32,000 bases of DNA from Crocosphaera subtropica ATCC 51142 (GCF_000017845.1 NC_010546.1:4200001-4232000), one strand, 5' to 3'. Numbered from the stretch's first letter, positions 1-10,101 are shown. Numbers and translations are program-made. The notes: a model not told the origin generated them from the sequence alone.

Positions 1-88
1 ACCCTAGTTGCGTATGAAATAGGAGTCCTAAAAGAAAAGTTGCCCACAGGGTAATAATTTGAGTTTGATAATCAACTTTGGTATTCAT
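1..88 (-). CDS. 5' end of an unidentified, probably membrane, protein; the gene runs off the window start
   Basis: Not in the ORF track because it is too short. ATG at 88-86 is preceded by AGGAGG (rc of 98-103) 9 nt upstream. The frame is open to position 2 and reads MNTKVDYQTQIITLWATFLLGLLFHTQLG, with a hydrophobic stretch. No homology is recognisable. Confidence 0.35.
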   Translation of the reverse strand, partial: MNTKVDYQTQIITLWATFLLGLLFHTQLG

Positions 89-264
89 AAGCTTATCCCT
101 CCTGTTCCCATTTTAAACATTAGATTCAGAGGCGGTTCGCTTTTGTAACAGTTTGATAAATTATGGCTCAAATAAGCCCATCAAAATTGTAATTTGAGGA
201 AGCAGGAAAGGAAAATTCAAGAAATCTTCTTTATTTCTTCTGGTGAAAGATGTTCGTAAAGCTG

Positions 265-297
265 TCAAAAAACCCTTCTCAGTCACGAGAAGGGTTA
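265..297 (-). terminator. Rho-independent terminator downstream of hslO
   Basis: A perfect 10-bp stem (271-280 aacccttctc pairs with 287-296 gagaagggtt) with a 6-nt loop. On the minus strand it is followed by a run of six T (complement of 267-272). It lies about 30 nt past the hslO stop. Confidence 0.6.
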
Positions 298-326
298 ACT
301 ATTTTGATCAAAAAAATCAACTGAAA

Positions 327-1226
327 CTAAACTGATTCTGTCCGTAAATCTTCAATTAATTGTGCTAATTGATCGCTATTGGCCTGGTAAACTTCTCCAC
401 AAAATTCGCAAGTTGCTTCGGCACCATCATCCTTTTCAATCATATCTTGTAACTCCGCTTCTCCTAACAGTTTTAAAGCTCCTAAAACCCGACTAAAAGA
501 ACAACGGCAATCAAATCGTAACATTTGAACTTCAGGGAAAATAACTAACCCTAAATCTCCTAATAATTCCTCTAAAATATCGGGTAAAGTTTTCCCTGCC
601 CGTAATAAAGGGGTAAACCCTGAAAGCTTACCAAGACGAGATTCTAAGGTGGCTACTAACTTCTCATCTCTGGCTGCCTTGGGCATCACTTGCAAGAGTA
701 AGCCCCCTGCTGCTGTAACCCCTTGCGCCCCCACAAATACCCCTAATAACAACGCTGAGGGAGTTTGTTCAGAGGTGACTAAATAATGGGTCACGTCGTC
801 CCCAATTTCCCCTGATACCAACTCTACGGTACTCGAATAGGGATAACCATACCCTATATCTCGCACCACATAAAGAAATCCTTCCGAACCAACAGCACCC
901 CCGACATCTAACTTACCGACGGGGTTGGGAGGTAATTCGATACTAGGATTAGCTACATAACCCCTGACGGTTCCGTCTAACCCTGCATCTACTAATAACC
1001 CTCCTAACGGACCATTTCCTTTAATACGAATGTTGACACGGGACCCTTCTCGTTTCATGCTAGAAGCCAGTAATAGACCGGCTGACATGGTGCGTCCTAA
1101 AGCTGCAGTAGCGACATAAGAAAGTTGATGTCTTTGTCTTGCTTCTTCTGTGAGTCGGGTAGAAATGAGACTAACCGCCCGAATACCCCCATCGGCTGCT
1201 GTTGCGCGTATAAGTTGATCCGCCAT
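327..1226 (-). CDS. hslO: Hsp33 redox-regulated chaperone
   Basis: N-terminus MADQLIRATAADGGIRAV and a C-terminal zinc redox switch, CRCS...CEFCG (CxC...CxxC). The track start at 1286 is a TTG that adds 20 non-conserved residues. The first ATG (1226-1224) gives the typical N-terminus, so I call 327..1226. Confidence 0.9.
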   Translation of the reverse strand: MADQLIRATAADGGIRAVSLISTRLTEEARQRHQLSYVATAALGRTMSAGLLLASSMKREGSRVNIRIKGNGPLGGLLVDAGLDGTVRGYVANPSIELPPNPVGKLDVGGAVGSEGFLYVVRDIGYGYPYSSTVELVSGEIGDDVTHYLVTSEQTPSALLLGVFVGAQGVTAAGGLLLQVMPKAARDEKLVATLESRLGKLSGFTPLLRAGKTLPDILEELLGDLGLVIFPEVQMLRFDCRCSFSRVLGALKLLGEAELQDMIEKDDGAEATCEFCGEVYQANSDQLAQLIEDLRTESV

Positions 1227-1309
1227 GAAAACCCTTACATTTCTTGATATATTTTTTCTTATCTTAATCAAACTGTACAATATCAAACAAACGGTTCTAG
1301 TGTATTAAC

Positions 1310-2524
1310 GTGGCCAAAGTTACTTTACAAGATATCAACAAAAGTTTTCCTCAACGGGGGGGAAAATCAAAGGGGGATCGGGTCAAAGTATTGCATCATA
1401 TTGACCTAGAAATTAAGGACGGGGAATTTATGGTGTTGGTGGGTCCGTCAGGTTGCGGAAAAAGTACCCTTTTACGAATGATTGCCGGACTGGAAACAGC
1501 TACATCCGGCAACATCTGGGTAGGGGAAGAAAATGTTACCCAGTTGCCCCCGAAACAGCGAGACATTGCTATGGTGTTTCAAAATTATGCCCTTTATCCC
1601 CATCTCAATGTTTACGATAATATTGCCTTTGGTTTACGTCGCATGACACAAGGGGTAAAAGAGGAAAATAAGTCTGCTTTGCCTGGGAAACTCGAAAAAG
1701 GTTTAACGGGTTTAACCAGGGCATTTCCTAAGGAATTTCGTTACCATTCCGCAACAGAAACAAGTATTAAGCAAAAAGTTCAACAAGTTGCCCAATTATT
1801 ACAATTAGAATCTTTATTAAATCGCTTACCCAAAGATTTATCAGGGGGACAAAAACAACGGGTTGCTTTGGGACGGGCGATCGCTAGAAATCCTCAAGTT
1901 TTTTTGATGGATGAACCCATGTCTAATTTAGATGCAACTTTACGGGCTGAAACTCGTTCTCAAATTGTTCAATTACAGCGAAAACTAGGAATTACAACGA
2001 TTTACGTCACTCACGATCAAATAGAAGCGATGACGATGGGTGACCGCATTGCTGTTATGAATCAAGGGCAAATTCAACAGGTTGCTTCTCCTTTAGAATT
2101 GTATCATCATCCAGCTAACTGTTTTGTAGCTGGCTTTATTGGGACTCCTCCTATGAATTTTTTACCCGTTAATATTGAATATCCTCTGCAAATTAGTCAC
2201 CGTAAATTTAGTTTTATTCTTCCTTCCAAATGGAAACATTGTTTACAAAAAAATAATAAAAGATCGGTTATTTTGGGAATTCGTCCCGAACATATTACAG
2301 TCGGAACTTCTAGTACAGAAAATTTACAAGTTCAAGTCAATTTAGTAGAAAATTTAGGTAATGAAATTTATTTATTTACCGAAACATTAGATGAAACACC
2401 GTCTCAAATCATTGTTCGTCTTTCAGGAGAGAAGTCAGTCAAAATCGGTGAAAAACTCTGGTTATCTCTTAATCAAGAAAAAATACATCTTTTTGATAGT
2501 GAAAGCGAACAATCTTTATTGTAG
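1310..2524 (+). CDS. ABC transporter ATP-binding subunit, MalK/UgpC/MsiK-like, with a C-terminal regulatory (TOBE-like) domain
   Basis: Walker A GPSGCGKS, signature LSGGQKQR, Walker B VFLMDEP and H-loop VTHD are present. The start is GTG. No permease or binding-protein gene is adjacent. An extra segment of about 40 aa sits between the Q-loop region and the signature motif. Confidence 0.9.
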   Translation: MAKVTLQDINKSFPQRGGKSKGDRVKVLHHIDLEIKDGEFMVLVGPSGCGKSTLLRMIAGLETATSGNIWVGEENVTQLPPKQRDIAMVFQNYALYPHLNVYDNIAFGLRRMTQGVKEENKSALPGKLEKGLTGLTRAFPKEFRYHSATETSIKQKVQQVAQLLQLESLLNRLPKDLSGGQKQRVALGRAIARNPQVFLMDEPMSNLDATLRAETRSQIVQLQRKLGITTIYVTHDQIEAMTMGDRIAVMNQGQIQQVASPLELYHHPANCFVAGFIGTPPMNFLPVNIEYPLQISHRKFSFILPSKWKHCLQKNNKRSVILGIRPEHITVGTSSTENLQVQVNLVENLGNEIYLFTETLDETPSQIIVRLSGEKSVKIGEKLWLSLNQEKIHLFDSESEQSLL

Positions 2525-2727
2525 GAGTTCTCATACTGGTGAGGTACCAAGGTTATCGCTTTGAAGCAATAGGCAATGGGTAACAGGCAATAGTAAGAAC
2601 TTAAGAAAGTACCGTTCGGCTGATGCTCATGGCGAAGCCTCATCAAAATGAGAAACGCTATAAAACAATAAACTATTAATTCTTAAAACATAAAAAACAT
2701 AATTTTAAATAAATTCTATTAATAATT

Positions 2728-3927
2728 ATGCCTAAATCAAACAAATTAAAACAATTAAATAGTAATCTTTTGTTAGGACTAGGAGGGGCAATTTTTGCTT
2801 TAATGATTGGAGAAATTGCCCTAAGAATAATGGGTATTGCTTACCCTAGTTTTTATCAAGCTGATTCCCATCGTGGCCATGCTTTAATTCCAGGGGTATC
2901 AGGATGGTGGAAACACGAAGGAGAAGGATGGGTATCGGTTAATAACGATGGATTAAGAGATAAAGATTATACAAAAGAAAAGCCTGAAAATACCTTTAGA
3001 ATTGCTGTTATTGGTGACTCATTCGCTGAAGCGATACAAGTGAATGCAGAGGATACATTTTGGTCACTGATGGAAAATCAATTACCTCAATGTCAAAAGT
3101 TTAAAAACGAAAACATTGAAGTTATTAATTTTGGGGTGGGTGACTATGGTACTGCACAAGAATATATGACCTTAAAACATCATGTTAGTGAGTATTCTCC
3201 CGATTTAGTTATCTTAGCCGTTTTTACAGGTAACGATATTATTAACAACTCAAAAACTTTAAGTCCTGATGATAGATTTAGTCCCTTTTTGATCAAAAAT
3301 GAGGGAGAATATACTTTAGATATGTCCTTCAAGGAAACAGAAACCTATCAATGGCGAAATAGTTTTACGAGAAAAGCAATTTTTTCGATTATTAATAATT
3401 CTCGCATTTTGCAATTACTCAATGAAACAAGAGTCGCAATTAAAAAGAATCGTCAATTATTAGGAAATCACACAGCAAGCGATAATCAAGATGCACTTCA
3501 GTATCTTGATTTTACGCCAGAACTTTACAAAAATAGTGATCCTAATTGGAAAGAAGCATGGAATATTACAGATGAGTTAATTAAATTGATTCAACAAGAA
3601 ACAAAATCCATTAACTCAGATTTATTAGTGGTAACATTAAGTAATCCTGCTCAAGTCTATCCTGATGCTGCTTATCGAGAACAATATTTTAATCAAGCAG
3701 GAGTTAAAGACCCGTTTTATCCAGATAGACGGATTGAAAATTTAGGAAAACAACAAGGATTTGAAGTCTTAACCTTATCCCCTTTATTTCAATCTTATGC
3801 TGATGAGAATAACACCTTTTTGCACGGGTTTGAGAATACAAGCCTGGGGAGTGGTCACTGGAATGAATCGGGTCATCAATTAGCAGGAGAAATCATCAGT
3901 AAAAAAATTTGTACAACGGAAGACTAA
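2728..3927 (+). CDS. SGNH/GDSL-family hydrolase with an N-terminal membrane anchor
   Basis: Block I IAVIGDSFAEA, block II FGVGDYGT, block III FTGNDI and a block V-like GHWNESGH are present. The N-terminal hydrophobic helix is LLLGLGGAIFALMIGEIAL. Confidence 0.75.
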   Translation: MPKSNKLKQLNSNLLLGLGGAIFALMIGEIALRIMGIAYPSFYQADSHRGHALIPGVSGWWKHEGEGWVSVNNDGLRDKDYTKEKPENTFRIAVIGDSFAEAIQVNAEDTFWSLMENQLPQCQKFKNENIEVINFGVGDYGTAQEYMTLKHHVSEYSPDLVILAVFTGNDIINNSKTLSPDDRFSPFLIKNEGEYTLDMSFKETETYQWRNSFTRKAIFSIINNSRILQLLNETRVAIKKNRQLLGNHTASDNQDALQYLDFTPELYKNSDPNWKEAWNITDELIKLIQQETKSINSDLLVVTLSNPAQVYPDAAYREQYFNQAGVKDPFYPDRRIENLGKQQGFEVLTLSPLFQSYADENNTFLHGFENTSLGSGHWNESGHQLAGEIISKKICTTED

Positions 3928-4146
3928 AGACTTATGATCAAATTAGTTCTGAAACTGATTGATTGTTGTAATCTAAAAGATAAGCAAATGTTACTAACTC
4001 ATGCTTTGATCCCTAATGTATCACCGATGAGGAGTCAAGTTGATCTTAGTGATCCCTGTACTGAAAATTCCTTTGTCAGACAAAGCCAAATGGATATAAC
4101 ATAGTTCCAAGTATTTTATAAAAAGAAGATAAACACAACTGAATCA

Positions 4147-4488
4147 ATGATGTTGTCTGTTAACAATCACAATTTTTCCCACGTTGTTCTAGAGTCCCCT
4201 AACCCCGTCTTGGTCAACTTCTGGGCCCCTTGGTGTGGGTTATGTCTGTTAATTAATCCCTTTCTCCATAAAATTCAGAATGAATGGGATGGACCGTTAG
4301 AAGTGGTAAGTATTAATGCTGATCAAAATTTTCAATTGGCTAATACTTATCGTCTCAAAAATTTACCCACTTTAATTCTTTTTAATGAAGGAAAAATTAT
4401 TCATCGTATTGAAGAGATTAAAGGAAGGGATGAACTGATACAACAGTTACATTGCGTTAAGGTGAATAGTCTGCCTAAATCAGCGTAA
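4147..4488 (+). CDS. trxC: Thioredoxin with an atypical WCGLC active site (TrxC-like)
   Basis: Thioredoxin fold signature VLVNFWAPWCGLCLL plus the cis-Pro motif NLPTLILF. As far as I recall, WCGLC rather than WCGPC marks the cyanobacteria-specific TrxC. The symbol is tentative. Confidence 0.8.
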   Translation: MMLSVNNHNFSHVVLESPNPVLVNFWAPWCGLCLLINPFLHKIQNEWDGPLEVVSINADQNFQLANTYRLKNLPTLILFNEGKIIHRIEEIKGRDELIQQLHCVKVNSLPKSA

Positions 4489-4514
4489 TATTTGACCTCA
4501 AAATTTTTGCAGAA

Positions 4515-4540
4515 TGTCCCCACCATAAATAACGGGGACA
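4515..4540. other. 7-bp hairpin between the convergent trx gene and ORF 4611..4931; a weak terminator candidate
   Basis: tgtcccc (4515-4521) pairs with ggggaca (4534-4540) across a 12-nt loop. There is no clean T-tract on either strand. Confidence 0.25.
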
Positions 4541-4610
4541 CTTAACTAAGATATTGATACATTCAAATAATTTTTAATTAAGGGTAGGGTGGTGGCGACC
4601 CTGAAAATGG

Positions 4611-4931
4611 TTAAGGTTTCAATAATAGAGAAGGTAATCTAAACACTGCCGTAACGATTCCCCCAATGACAGCACTAATACCACCGACAATTAAAGGGAG
4701 AATTAGGGAACGAAAGCCTTTCAAGTCAGATACTTCTTTAACTAAAGTATTTTGGACAGTTTTCATATCTCTAACGTCTTCTTTGAAGTTTCTTACTTCT
4801 GTCTTGATTTCTGCTAACTCAACCTCAATGGTGTTTAGTTTCTCAAGCTTGGTGTTTACGTCTTTGATGTCCTGTTTTAGTTCTTTGAGGACTTCTACCA
4901 AGTCATAAGTAACGGTAATGGGTTCATTCAT
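4611..4931 (-). CDS. Small coiled-coil protein with a C-terminal transmembrane helix (tail-anchored type); function unknown
   Basis: 106 aa. The N-terminal ~70 aa are heptad-like and rich in charged residues and Leu/Val (LKELKQDIKDVNTKLEKLNTIEVELAEIKTEV...). The C-terminus ILPLIVGGISAVIGGIVTAVF is hydrophobic. The opposite-strand ORF 4666..4908 is its shadow. Confidence 0.6.
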   Translation of the reverse strand: MNEPITVTYDLVEVLKELKQDIKDVNTKLEKLNTIEVELAEIKTEVRNFKEDVRDMKTVQNTLVKEVSDLKGFRSLILPLIVGGISAVIGGIVTAVFRLPSLLLKP

Positions 4932-5341
4932 GAGTTAAACTCCTAAATAAGAATCATTTATTTGATGATGTCCCTTGGTGGCCTCGATAGGGACTATTTT
5001 TATTGTATGCCTAAAGTCTTCTCCTCTATAGTTTGGAAAGTATTTCAATACCTTATAAACGAAACAATTTGCAGTAGTTAATATAAAAATATCAAATATT
5101 GATTGACAATATGATGGTTAGTTTAAATAGGAGGTGTCAATATTATATGAAGGTTTAGTTAAATTATTGCTTAAGTAAATACTTGTAAGTAGAAAAAGAT
5201 ATTAATCGTAACTTACGATAATATACCTGATTAAAGTAATGTTATAAATGCTTACCATGATACTATTCATTAAATTTCTTAACTATTCCATATAGTCTAG
5301 AAGAGTTTCAAGAAATTATAAAAGTAGTCCATTTAAGAGAA

Positions 5342-5887
5342 ATGGGACTTATGGCAGGAAGAACTTTTTTATCATTTTTAAACAAAGAAATTTGTATTTA
5401 TGTTAGTAAAACACCCATTTTTATTACTTCTGATAATCCGGTTATAATAAGTGATGGTGATCCACATAGCCGCAGTGATATTTTAAATCCAAAATCTATT
5501 ATACAGTGTGCAATTACTCCTAAAATTTTAATAGTAATTTATCCTAGTCTAAAATGTAACTATTTATCTGAATATGAGTTAGAGAAAATGTTAAAAGTTA
5601 GTAATAAGGGGCATTTTGATGATGAAAATTTTAAAAAATTAAATCATCAGAAAATAAAAGTAAAAATTATACATAATTTAAAGATTAAAGAATTGTACAA
5701 TGAACTTATTTTAATTGAAGCAAAGAAATGGTTATTTTCAAGTAATGAAAACTTGCTACAACAGATTTTATATCTTTTCCCACAAAGATTAAAAGAAAGA
5801 CCTAAAATTACTAATCTTAATAATCCCTCTATCTTTGTTCCTTCAAGAATAAAATTTTTTAATGAGTGCTTAAAAGATTTACTATAA
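5342..5887 (+). CDS. AT-rich ORF resembling the C-terminal part of a DUF4238-type protein, possibly N-terminally truncated or decaying
   Basis: Contains the FITSDNPVII motif that I associate with DUF4238. The frame stays open 27 codons upstream of the ATG (to the TGA at 5258-5260) with no better start. The expected N-terminal part is missing. The region is clearly more AT-rich than its neighbours and has no HIP1 site. Confidence 0.4.
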   Translation: MGLMAGRTFLSFLNKEICIYVSKTPIFITSDNPVIISDGDPHSRSDILNPKSIIQCAITPKILIVIYPSLKCNYLSEYELEKMLKVSNKGHFDDENFKKLNHQKIKVKIIHNLKIKELYNELILIEAKKWLFSSNENLLQQILYLFPQRLKERPKITNLNNPSIFVPSRIKFFNECLKDLL

Positions 5888-6002
5888 AGATTATTCTAAT
5901 TTTTAGATGATCCTTGATTGCACCATGAATTATTTTTTTAAGAGGTCTATTATTAAGAGATAGTTATCCGACTCTAAAAAGAAAGCGCATATTATATTGT
6001 AC

Positions 6003-6050
6003 GAAAAAACCCAACAAATCAAACATTTTTGCTGTTGGGTTTCCCTTTTT
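6003..6050 (-). terminator. Rho-independent terminator ending the str operon (after rpsJ)
   Basis: A 10-bp stem (6007-6016 aaacccaaca pairs with 6033-6042 tgttgggttt) with a 16-nt loop. On the minus strand the stem runs into TTTTTT. It lies 29 nt past the rpsJ stop. An interrupted T-run on the plus strand means it could also serve ORF 5342..5887. Confidence 0.65.
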
Positions 6051-6070
6051 GATCAGATTATTGAAACAAA

Positions 6071-6388
6071 CTATAATTTAACTTCGATTTCTACACCGGC
6101 AGGTAAATCTAATTTCATCAAAGCATCAATCGTCTTAGAAGAAGGCTGATAAATGTCAATAATACGTCTATGGGTTCTGGTTTCAAAGTGTTCCCGTGAA
6201 TCTTTATCAACGTGGGGCGATCGCAGAACACAATAGATCCGTCTTTTTGTCGGTAAAGGTATGGGTCCTATCGCAGTTGCGTCAGTACGGTTAGCGGTAT
6301 CGACAATCTTTTCACAAGACGTATCTAATAAACGACGGTCAAAGGCTTTTAAACGGATGCGGATTTTTTGTTGTGCTAGAGTTGCCAT
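6071..6388 (-). CDS. rpsJ: 30S ribosomal protein S10
   Basis: 105 aa reading [11 protein letters not shown]...[13 protein letters not shown], the canonical S10 sequence. Confidence 0.97.
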   Translation of the reverse strand: MATLAQQKIRIRLKAFDRRLLDTSCEKIVDTANRTDATAIGPIPLPTKRRIYCVLRSPHVDKDSREHFETRTHRRIIDIYQPSSKTIDALMKLDLPAGVEIEVKL

Positions 6389-6442
6389 AATGTTTAATTG
6401 TCAAGGTTCAGTAATGTACAGCAATGGATATTTTGAGAAAAT

Positions 6443-6479
6443 TAAGTGACCAGTTAAGGTAAATTTAACTGGTCACTTA
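6443..6479 (-). promoter_or_regulatory. Strong intercistronic hairpin between tuf and rpsJ (attenuator, processing or stability element)
   Basis: A perfect 15-bp stem (6443-6457 pairs with 6465-6479) with a 7-nt loop. On the minus strand it is followed by AATTTTCTC. It sits inside the 108-nt tuf-rpsJ spacer. Confidence 0.5.
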
Positions 6480-6496
6480 TTCATTGTTTGGTTGTC

Positions 6497-7726
6497 CTAC
6501 TTAAGAATTTTAGAAACAACACCGGCACCGATGGTACGGCCACCTTCACGGATAGCAAAACGCATTCCTTGTTCAATGGCAATAGGACTGATTAACTCTA
6601 CTGTCATTTTAATGCGATCGCCGGGCATGACCATTTCTACGGCACTACCATCGTCAGCGGTATAGTCTTGGATGGTTCCGGTTACGTCGGTGGTTCTTAC
6701 ATAGAACTGAGGACGATAGTTTTTGAAGAAAGGAGTATGACGGCCACCTTCTTCTTTGGTGAGAACATAAACTTCTCCTTCAAACTGGGTATGAGGGGTG
6801 ATAGAGCCAGGTTTGGCGATAACCATTCCCCGTTCAATATCTTCTTTTTTGATACCCCGTAGGAGTAAACCCACGTTATCCCCTGCCATCCCTTCGTCTA
6901 GGGTTTTCTGGAACATTTCCACGCCGGTGACGGTAGTGCTACGGGTGTCTCTGATCCCTACAATCTCAATGGTTTCTCCCACCTTCACTTTACCCCGTTC
7001 AATCCGTCCGGTGGCTACAGTACCCCGACCAGAGATGGAGAATACGTCTTCAACTGCCATCAAGAAGGGCTTATCAATTTCCCGTTCAGGTTCAGGAATA
7101 TTGTCGTCTACTGCTTTCATCAATTCGAGGACTTGATCAGTCCACTCGTTTTCCCCTGGCTTAATGTTGGGGTTATCGATAAGAGCATTAACGGCCATTA
7201 AGGCTGATCCTGAGATAATAGGAATATCATCTCCGGGAAAATCGTACTCGCTAAGAAGTTCTCGGACTTCGAGTTCAACCAATTCTAAGAGTTCTTCATC
7301 ATCGACTTGATCTTTTTTATTCAAGAAGACCACTAAGCTAGGAACCCCAACCTGTTTAGCTAAGAGAATATGTTCACGGGTTTGAGGCATTGGGCCATCA
7401 GCAGCAGATACCACTAAGATGGCTCCGTCCATTTGTGCTGCTCCTGTGATCATGTTTTTTACATAGTCAGCGTGGCCAGGGCAGTCAACGTGAGCATAGT
7501 GACGGTTCGGGGTTTCGTATTCAACGTGAGCAGTGTTGATGGTAATACCCCGTGCTTTTTCTTCGGGGGCAGCATCAATGTCCTCATATTTACGAGCTTT
7601 TGCACTTCCTGCTGCTGCTAAGGTCATGGTGATAGCAGCAGTTAAGGTTGTTTTACCATGGTCAACGTGACCGATAGTACCGATGTTAACGTGAGGTTTA
7701 GTCCGTTCAAATTTTGCGCGTGCCAT
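6497..7726 (-). CDS. tuf: Elongation factor Tu
   Basis: [17 protein letters not shown] and NKKD GTPase motifs across a full-length 409-aa EF-Tu. Confidence 0.99.
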   Translation of the reverse strand: MARAKFERTKPHVNIGTIGHVDHGKTTLTAAITMTLAAAGSAKARKYEDIDAAPEEKARGITINTAHVEYETPNRHYAHVDCPGHADYVKNMITGAAQMDGAILVVSAADGPMPQTREHILLAKQVGVPSLVVFLNKKDQVDDEELLELVELEVRELLSEYDFPGDDIPIISGSALMAVNALIDNPNIKPGENEWTDQVLELMKAVDDNIPEPEREIDKPFLMAVEDVFSISGRGTVATGRIERGKVKVGETIEIVGIRDTRSTTVTGVEMFQKTLDEGMAGDNVGLLLRGIKKEDIERGMVIAKPGSITPHTQFEGEVYVLTKEEGGRHTPFFKNYRPQFYVRTTDVTGTIQDYTADDGSAVEMVMPGDRIKMTVELISPIAIEQGMRFAIREGGRTIGAGVVSKILK

Positions 7727-7844
7727 GAATTAATTGTTCCTTTTTTTTGTCTTCTTTATTCTAAGCAGTGATGTTTTTGGGTCATCAGTTACCAATAGTC
7801 TATTATCCACTATCGATGGCTGACTATGCACTGATTTCTCATAA

Positions 7845-9938
7845 TCATTCACTGTCGTAGGTGTAGGCGTTCCCTGTGTTTTTCAGGACTATCGCTTCGG
7901 CGACATTACGAGGGACTTCTGCATAATGGCTAAATTCCATCGAGAAAATCCCCCGTCCTTGGGTTTTTGACCGGATATCGGTCGCGTAACCAAACATTTC
8001 TGCTAGCGGAACGTCAGCAGAAATCTTGGCAAGTCCGTCGTCGGTGTTCATCCCCTCGATCTGACCTCGACGAGCGTTGAGGTCCCCGATGACATCTCCG
8101 AGGAAATCTTCTGGGACTTCTACTTCGACTTTCATCATGGGTTCGAGGAGAACGGGTGAGGCTTTTTTGACCGCGTTGCGAATGGCCATTGAGCCGGCAA
8201 TTTTAAAGGCCATTTCTGATGAGTCAACGTCATGGAAAGAACCATCCACTAAAGTGACTTTAACATCAATGAGGGGATAACCGGCAATAATGCCTGAGTC
8301 ACAGGCTTCTTTCATGCCTTGTTCGGCCGGTGAGATAAACTCTTTCGGAATTGTCCCCCCAACAATTTTCGAGACGAATTCAAAACCGCTTCCTGCTTCG
8401 CCGGGTTCTAATTCGATCACCACATGGCCATATTGGCCTTTACCCCCACTTTGACGAATGTATTTACCTTCTGCATCGCTGGGTTTGCGAATGGTTTCAC
8501 GGTAAGCCACTTGGGGTTGACCGACGGTTGCTTCGACTTTGTATTCTCGCAACATCCGATCCACCAGGATTTCTAAGTGGAGTTCTCCCATTCCTGCAAT
8601 CACAGTCTGGTTGGTTTCGGGATCGACACTCACTTTAAAGGTGGGATCTTCGTCTGATAGGGCTTGCAAGGCTTTGGAAAGTTTTTCCATATCTTGCTTG
8701 GTTTTAGGTTCGACGGCCACGGAGATCACTGGCTCTGGAATGTACAAAGATTCCAGCAGAATGGGATGTTTTTCGTCACACAAGGTATCCCCTGTGATGG
8801 TGTTTCTCAGGCCAATGGCTGCCCCTAAGTCCCCTGCTCTGAGTTCGTCTACTTCGATGCGATCATTGGATTTAAGAACGATTAAGCGAGAAATTCTCTC
8901 TTTTTGTTCTTGAGTAGCATTGTAAACATAGTTGCCTTTTTCTAAGACTCCTGAATAAACTCGCATAAAGGTTAAACGGCCATAGGGATCGGAGGCAATT
9001 TTAAAGGCCAAAGCAGAGAAAGGTTCTTGATCGTCAGCTTTTCGGCTGTCTTCTGTCCCGTCTTTTAATAACCCTGTGATGGGGGGAACATCTAGGGGAG
9101 AGGGCAAATAGTCCACTACTGCGTCTAACAATAGTTGTACCCCTTTATTTTTGAAGGCAGAACCACACAACATGGGGATAATGGTCTTATTGAGGGTTCC
9201 TTTGCGAAGTCCCTGTCTAATGTCTTCTTCGGTCAGTTGTTCCCCTTCGAGATATTTTTCTAAGAGGGTTTCATCAATTTCTGCGATCGCTTCGATGAGT
9301 TTGGCTCGGTATTCTTGTGCCTGTTCTAAGTATTCATCTGGGATCTCTGTATCTTCGATGTTTTTGCCTAAATCATCTTGATAGATTTTGGCTCGCATTC
9401 TCACTAAATCCACGATGCCACGAAATTCGCTTTCGGTACCGATGGGGATTTGAATGGGAACGGCATTGGCTTTGAGGCGATCGCGGATTTGTTGATACAC
9501 CTTGAAGAAGTTAGCCCCTGTGCGATCCATTTTGTTGACAAAGGCAATACGAGGCACATGATAACGGTTGGCTTGTCGCCAGACTGTTTCTGACTGTGGC
9601 TGAACCCCACCCACGGAACAAAATACCGCAATCACACCGTCTAATACTCGCATCGACCGTTCCACTTCGATGGTGAAGTCTACATGGCCGGGAGTATCAA
9701 TGATGTTGATTCGGTGATCGAGCCAACTGGTACTAATGGCTGCTGCTGTGATGGTGATGCCCCGTTCTTGTTCTTGGGCCATCCAGTCCATCGTTGCTGT
9801 CCCTTCGTGGACTTCACCGAGTTTGTATGCGATTCCTGTGTAGAAGAGAATGCGCTCTGTGGTCGTTGTTTTGCCCGCATCGATGTGGGCAGCAATGCCA
9901 ATATTTCGCACCCTCTCTAGGGGGATATTCCGTGCCAC
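7845..9938 (-). CDS. fusA: Elongation factor G
   Basis: [17 protein letters not shown] and NKMD motifs in a 697-aa protein. The GTG start (9938-9936) is preceded by AAGGAGG. Confidence 0.99.
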   Translation of the reverse strand: MARNIPLERVRNIGIAAHIDAGKTTTTERILFYTGIAYKLGEVHEGTATMDWMAQEQERGITITAAAISTSWLDHRINIIDTPGHVDFTIEVERSMRVLDGVIAVFCSVGGVQPQSETVWRQANRYHVPRIAFVNKMDRTGANFFKVYQQIRDRLKANAVPIQIPIGTESEFRGIVDLVRMRAKIYQDDLGKNIEDTEIPDEYLEQAQEYRAKLIEAIAEIDETLLEKYLEGEQLTEEDIRQGLRKGTLNKTIIPMLCGSAFKNKGVQLLLDAVVDYLPSPLDVPPITGLLKDGTEDSRKADDQEPFSALAFKIASDPYGRLTFMRVYSGVLEKGNYVYNATQEQKERISRLIVLKSNDRIEVDELRAGDLGAAIGLRNTITGDTLCDEKHPILLESLYIPEPVISVAVEPKTKQDMEKLSKALQALSDEDPTFKVSVDPETNQTVIAGMGELHLEILVDRMLREYKVEATVGQPQVAYRETIRKPSDAEGKYIRQSGGKGQYGHVVIELEPGEAGSGFEFVSKIVGGTIPKEFISPAEQGMKEACDSGIIAGYPLIDVKVTLVDGSFHDVDSSEMAFKIAGSMAIRNAVKKASPVLLEPMMKVEVEVPEDFLGDVIGDLNARRGQIEGMNTDDGLAKISADVPLAEMFGYATDIRSKTQGRGIFSMEFSHYAEVPRNVAEAIVLKNTGNAYTYDSE

Positions 9939-10101
9939 AGCTACCTCCTTATGCTTTGCCTGGCTGTTTTTCTGCCTTGAGGCCGTCTATAAGTTTACAC
10001 TATTTACAATTCTATACTTTTCTTTGGAACAATTTACCCTAAATCCGTAAGAAAATAGGAAGTTACCTTCAAGCATTAATTCAGATAACTCTACCCTATT
10101 T

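Noticed and set aside
1227-1286. 20-codon N-terminal extension of hslO from the TTG at 1286
   Set aside because: The extension (MILYSLIKIRKNISRNVRVF) is AT-rich and non-conserved in appearance. It would consume most of the divergent promoter region. The ATG at 1226 gives the canonical Hsp33 N-terminus.
3934-4104. 56-aa ORF (MIKLVLKLIDCCNLKDKQ...SQMDIT) in the spacer upstream of the thioredoxin gene
   Set aside because: It has no Shine-Dalgarno, no recognisable motif and is below the track threshold. I cannot distinguish it from a chance ORF without conservation or expression data.
4666-4908. 80-aa plus-strand ORF opposite 4611..4931
   Set aside because: It is the mirror frame of a repetitive coiled-coil gene. 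Its Ser/Thr/Leu-rich translation is a typical antisense artefact. The minus-strand product has a coherent coiled-coil plus transmembrane organisation.
6261-6449. 62-aa plus-strand ORF overlapping rpsJ
   Set aside because: It is antisense to the conserved S10 gene and extends into the hairpin-containing spacer. Nothing supports it as coding.
6668-7621. Plus-strand ORFs 6668..6862, 6798..7136 and 7433..7621 inside tuf
   Set aside because: They lie antisense to a fully conserved EF-Tu gene. Their translations are low-complexity with no recognisable motifs, as expected for shadow frames.
8077-10050. ORFs 8077..8280, 8351..8638, 8539..8913, 9151..9381, 9404..9631, 9680..9901, 9684..9920, 9794..10042 and 9850..10050 overlapping fusA
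   Set aside because: They are antisense or out of frame relative to the conserved EF-G gene, mutually overlapping, and without start context or motifs. These are shadow ORFs.
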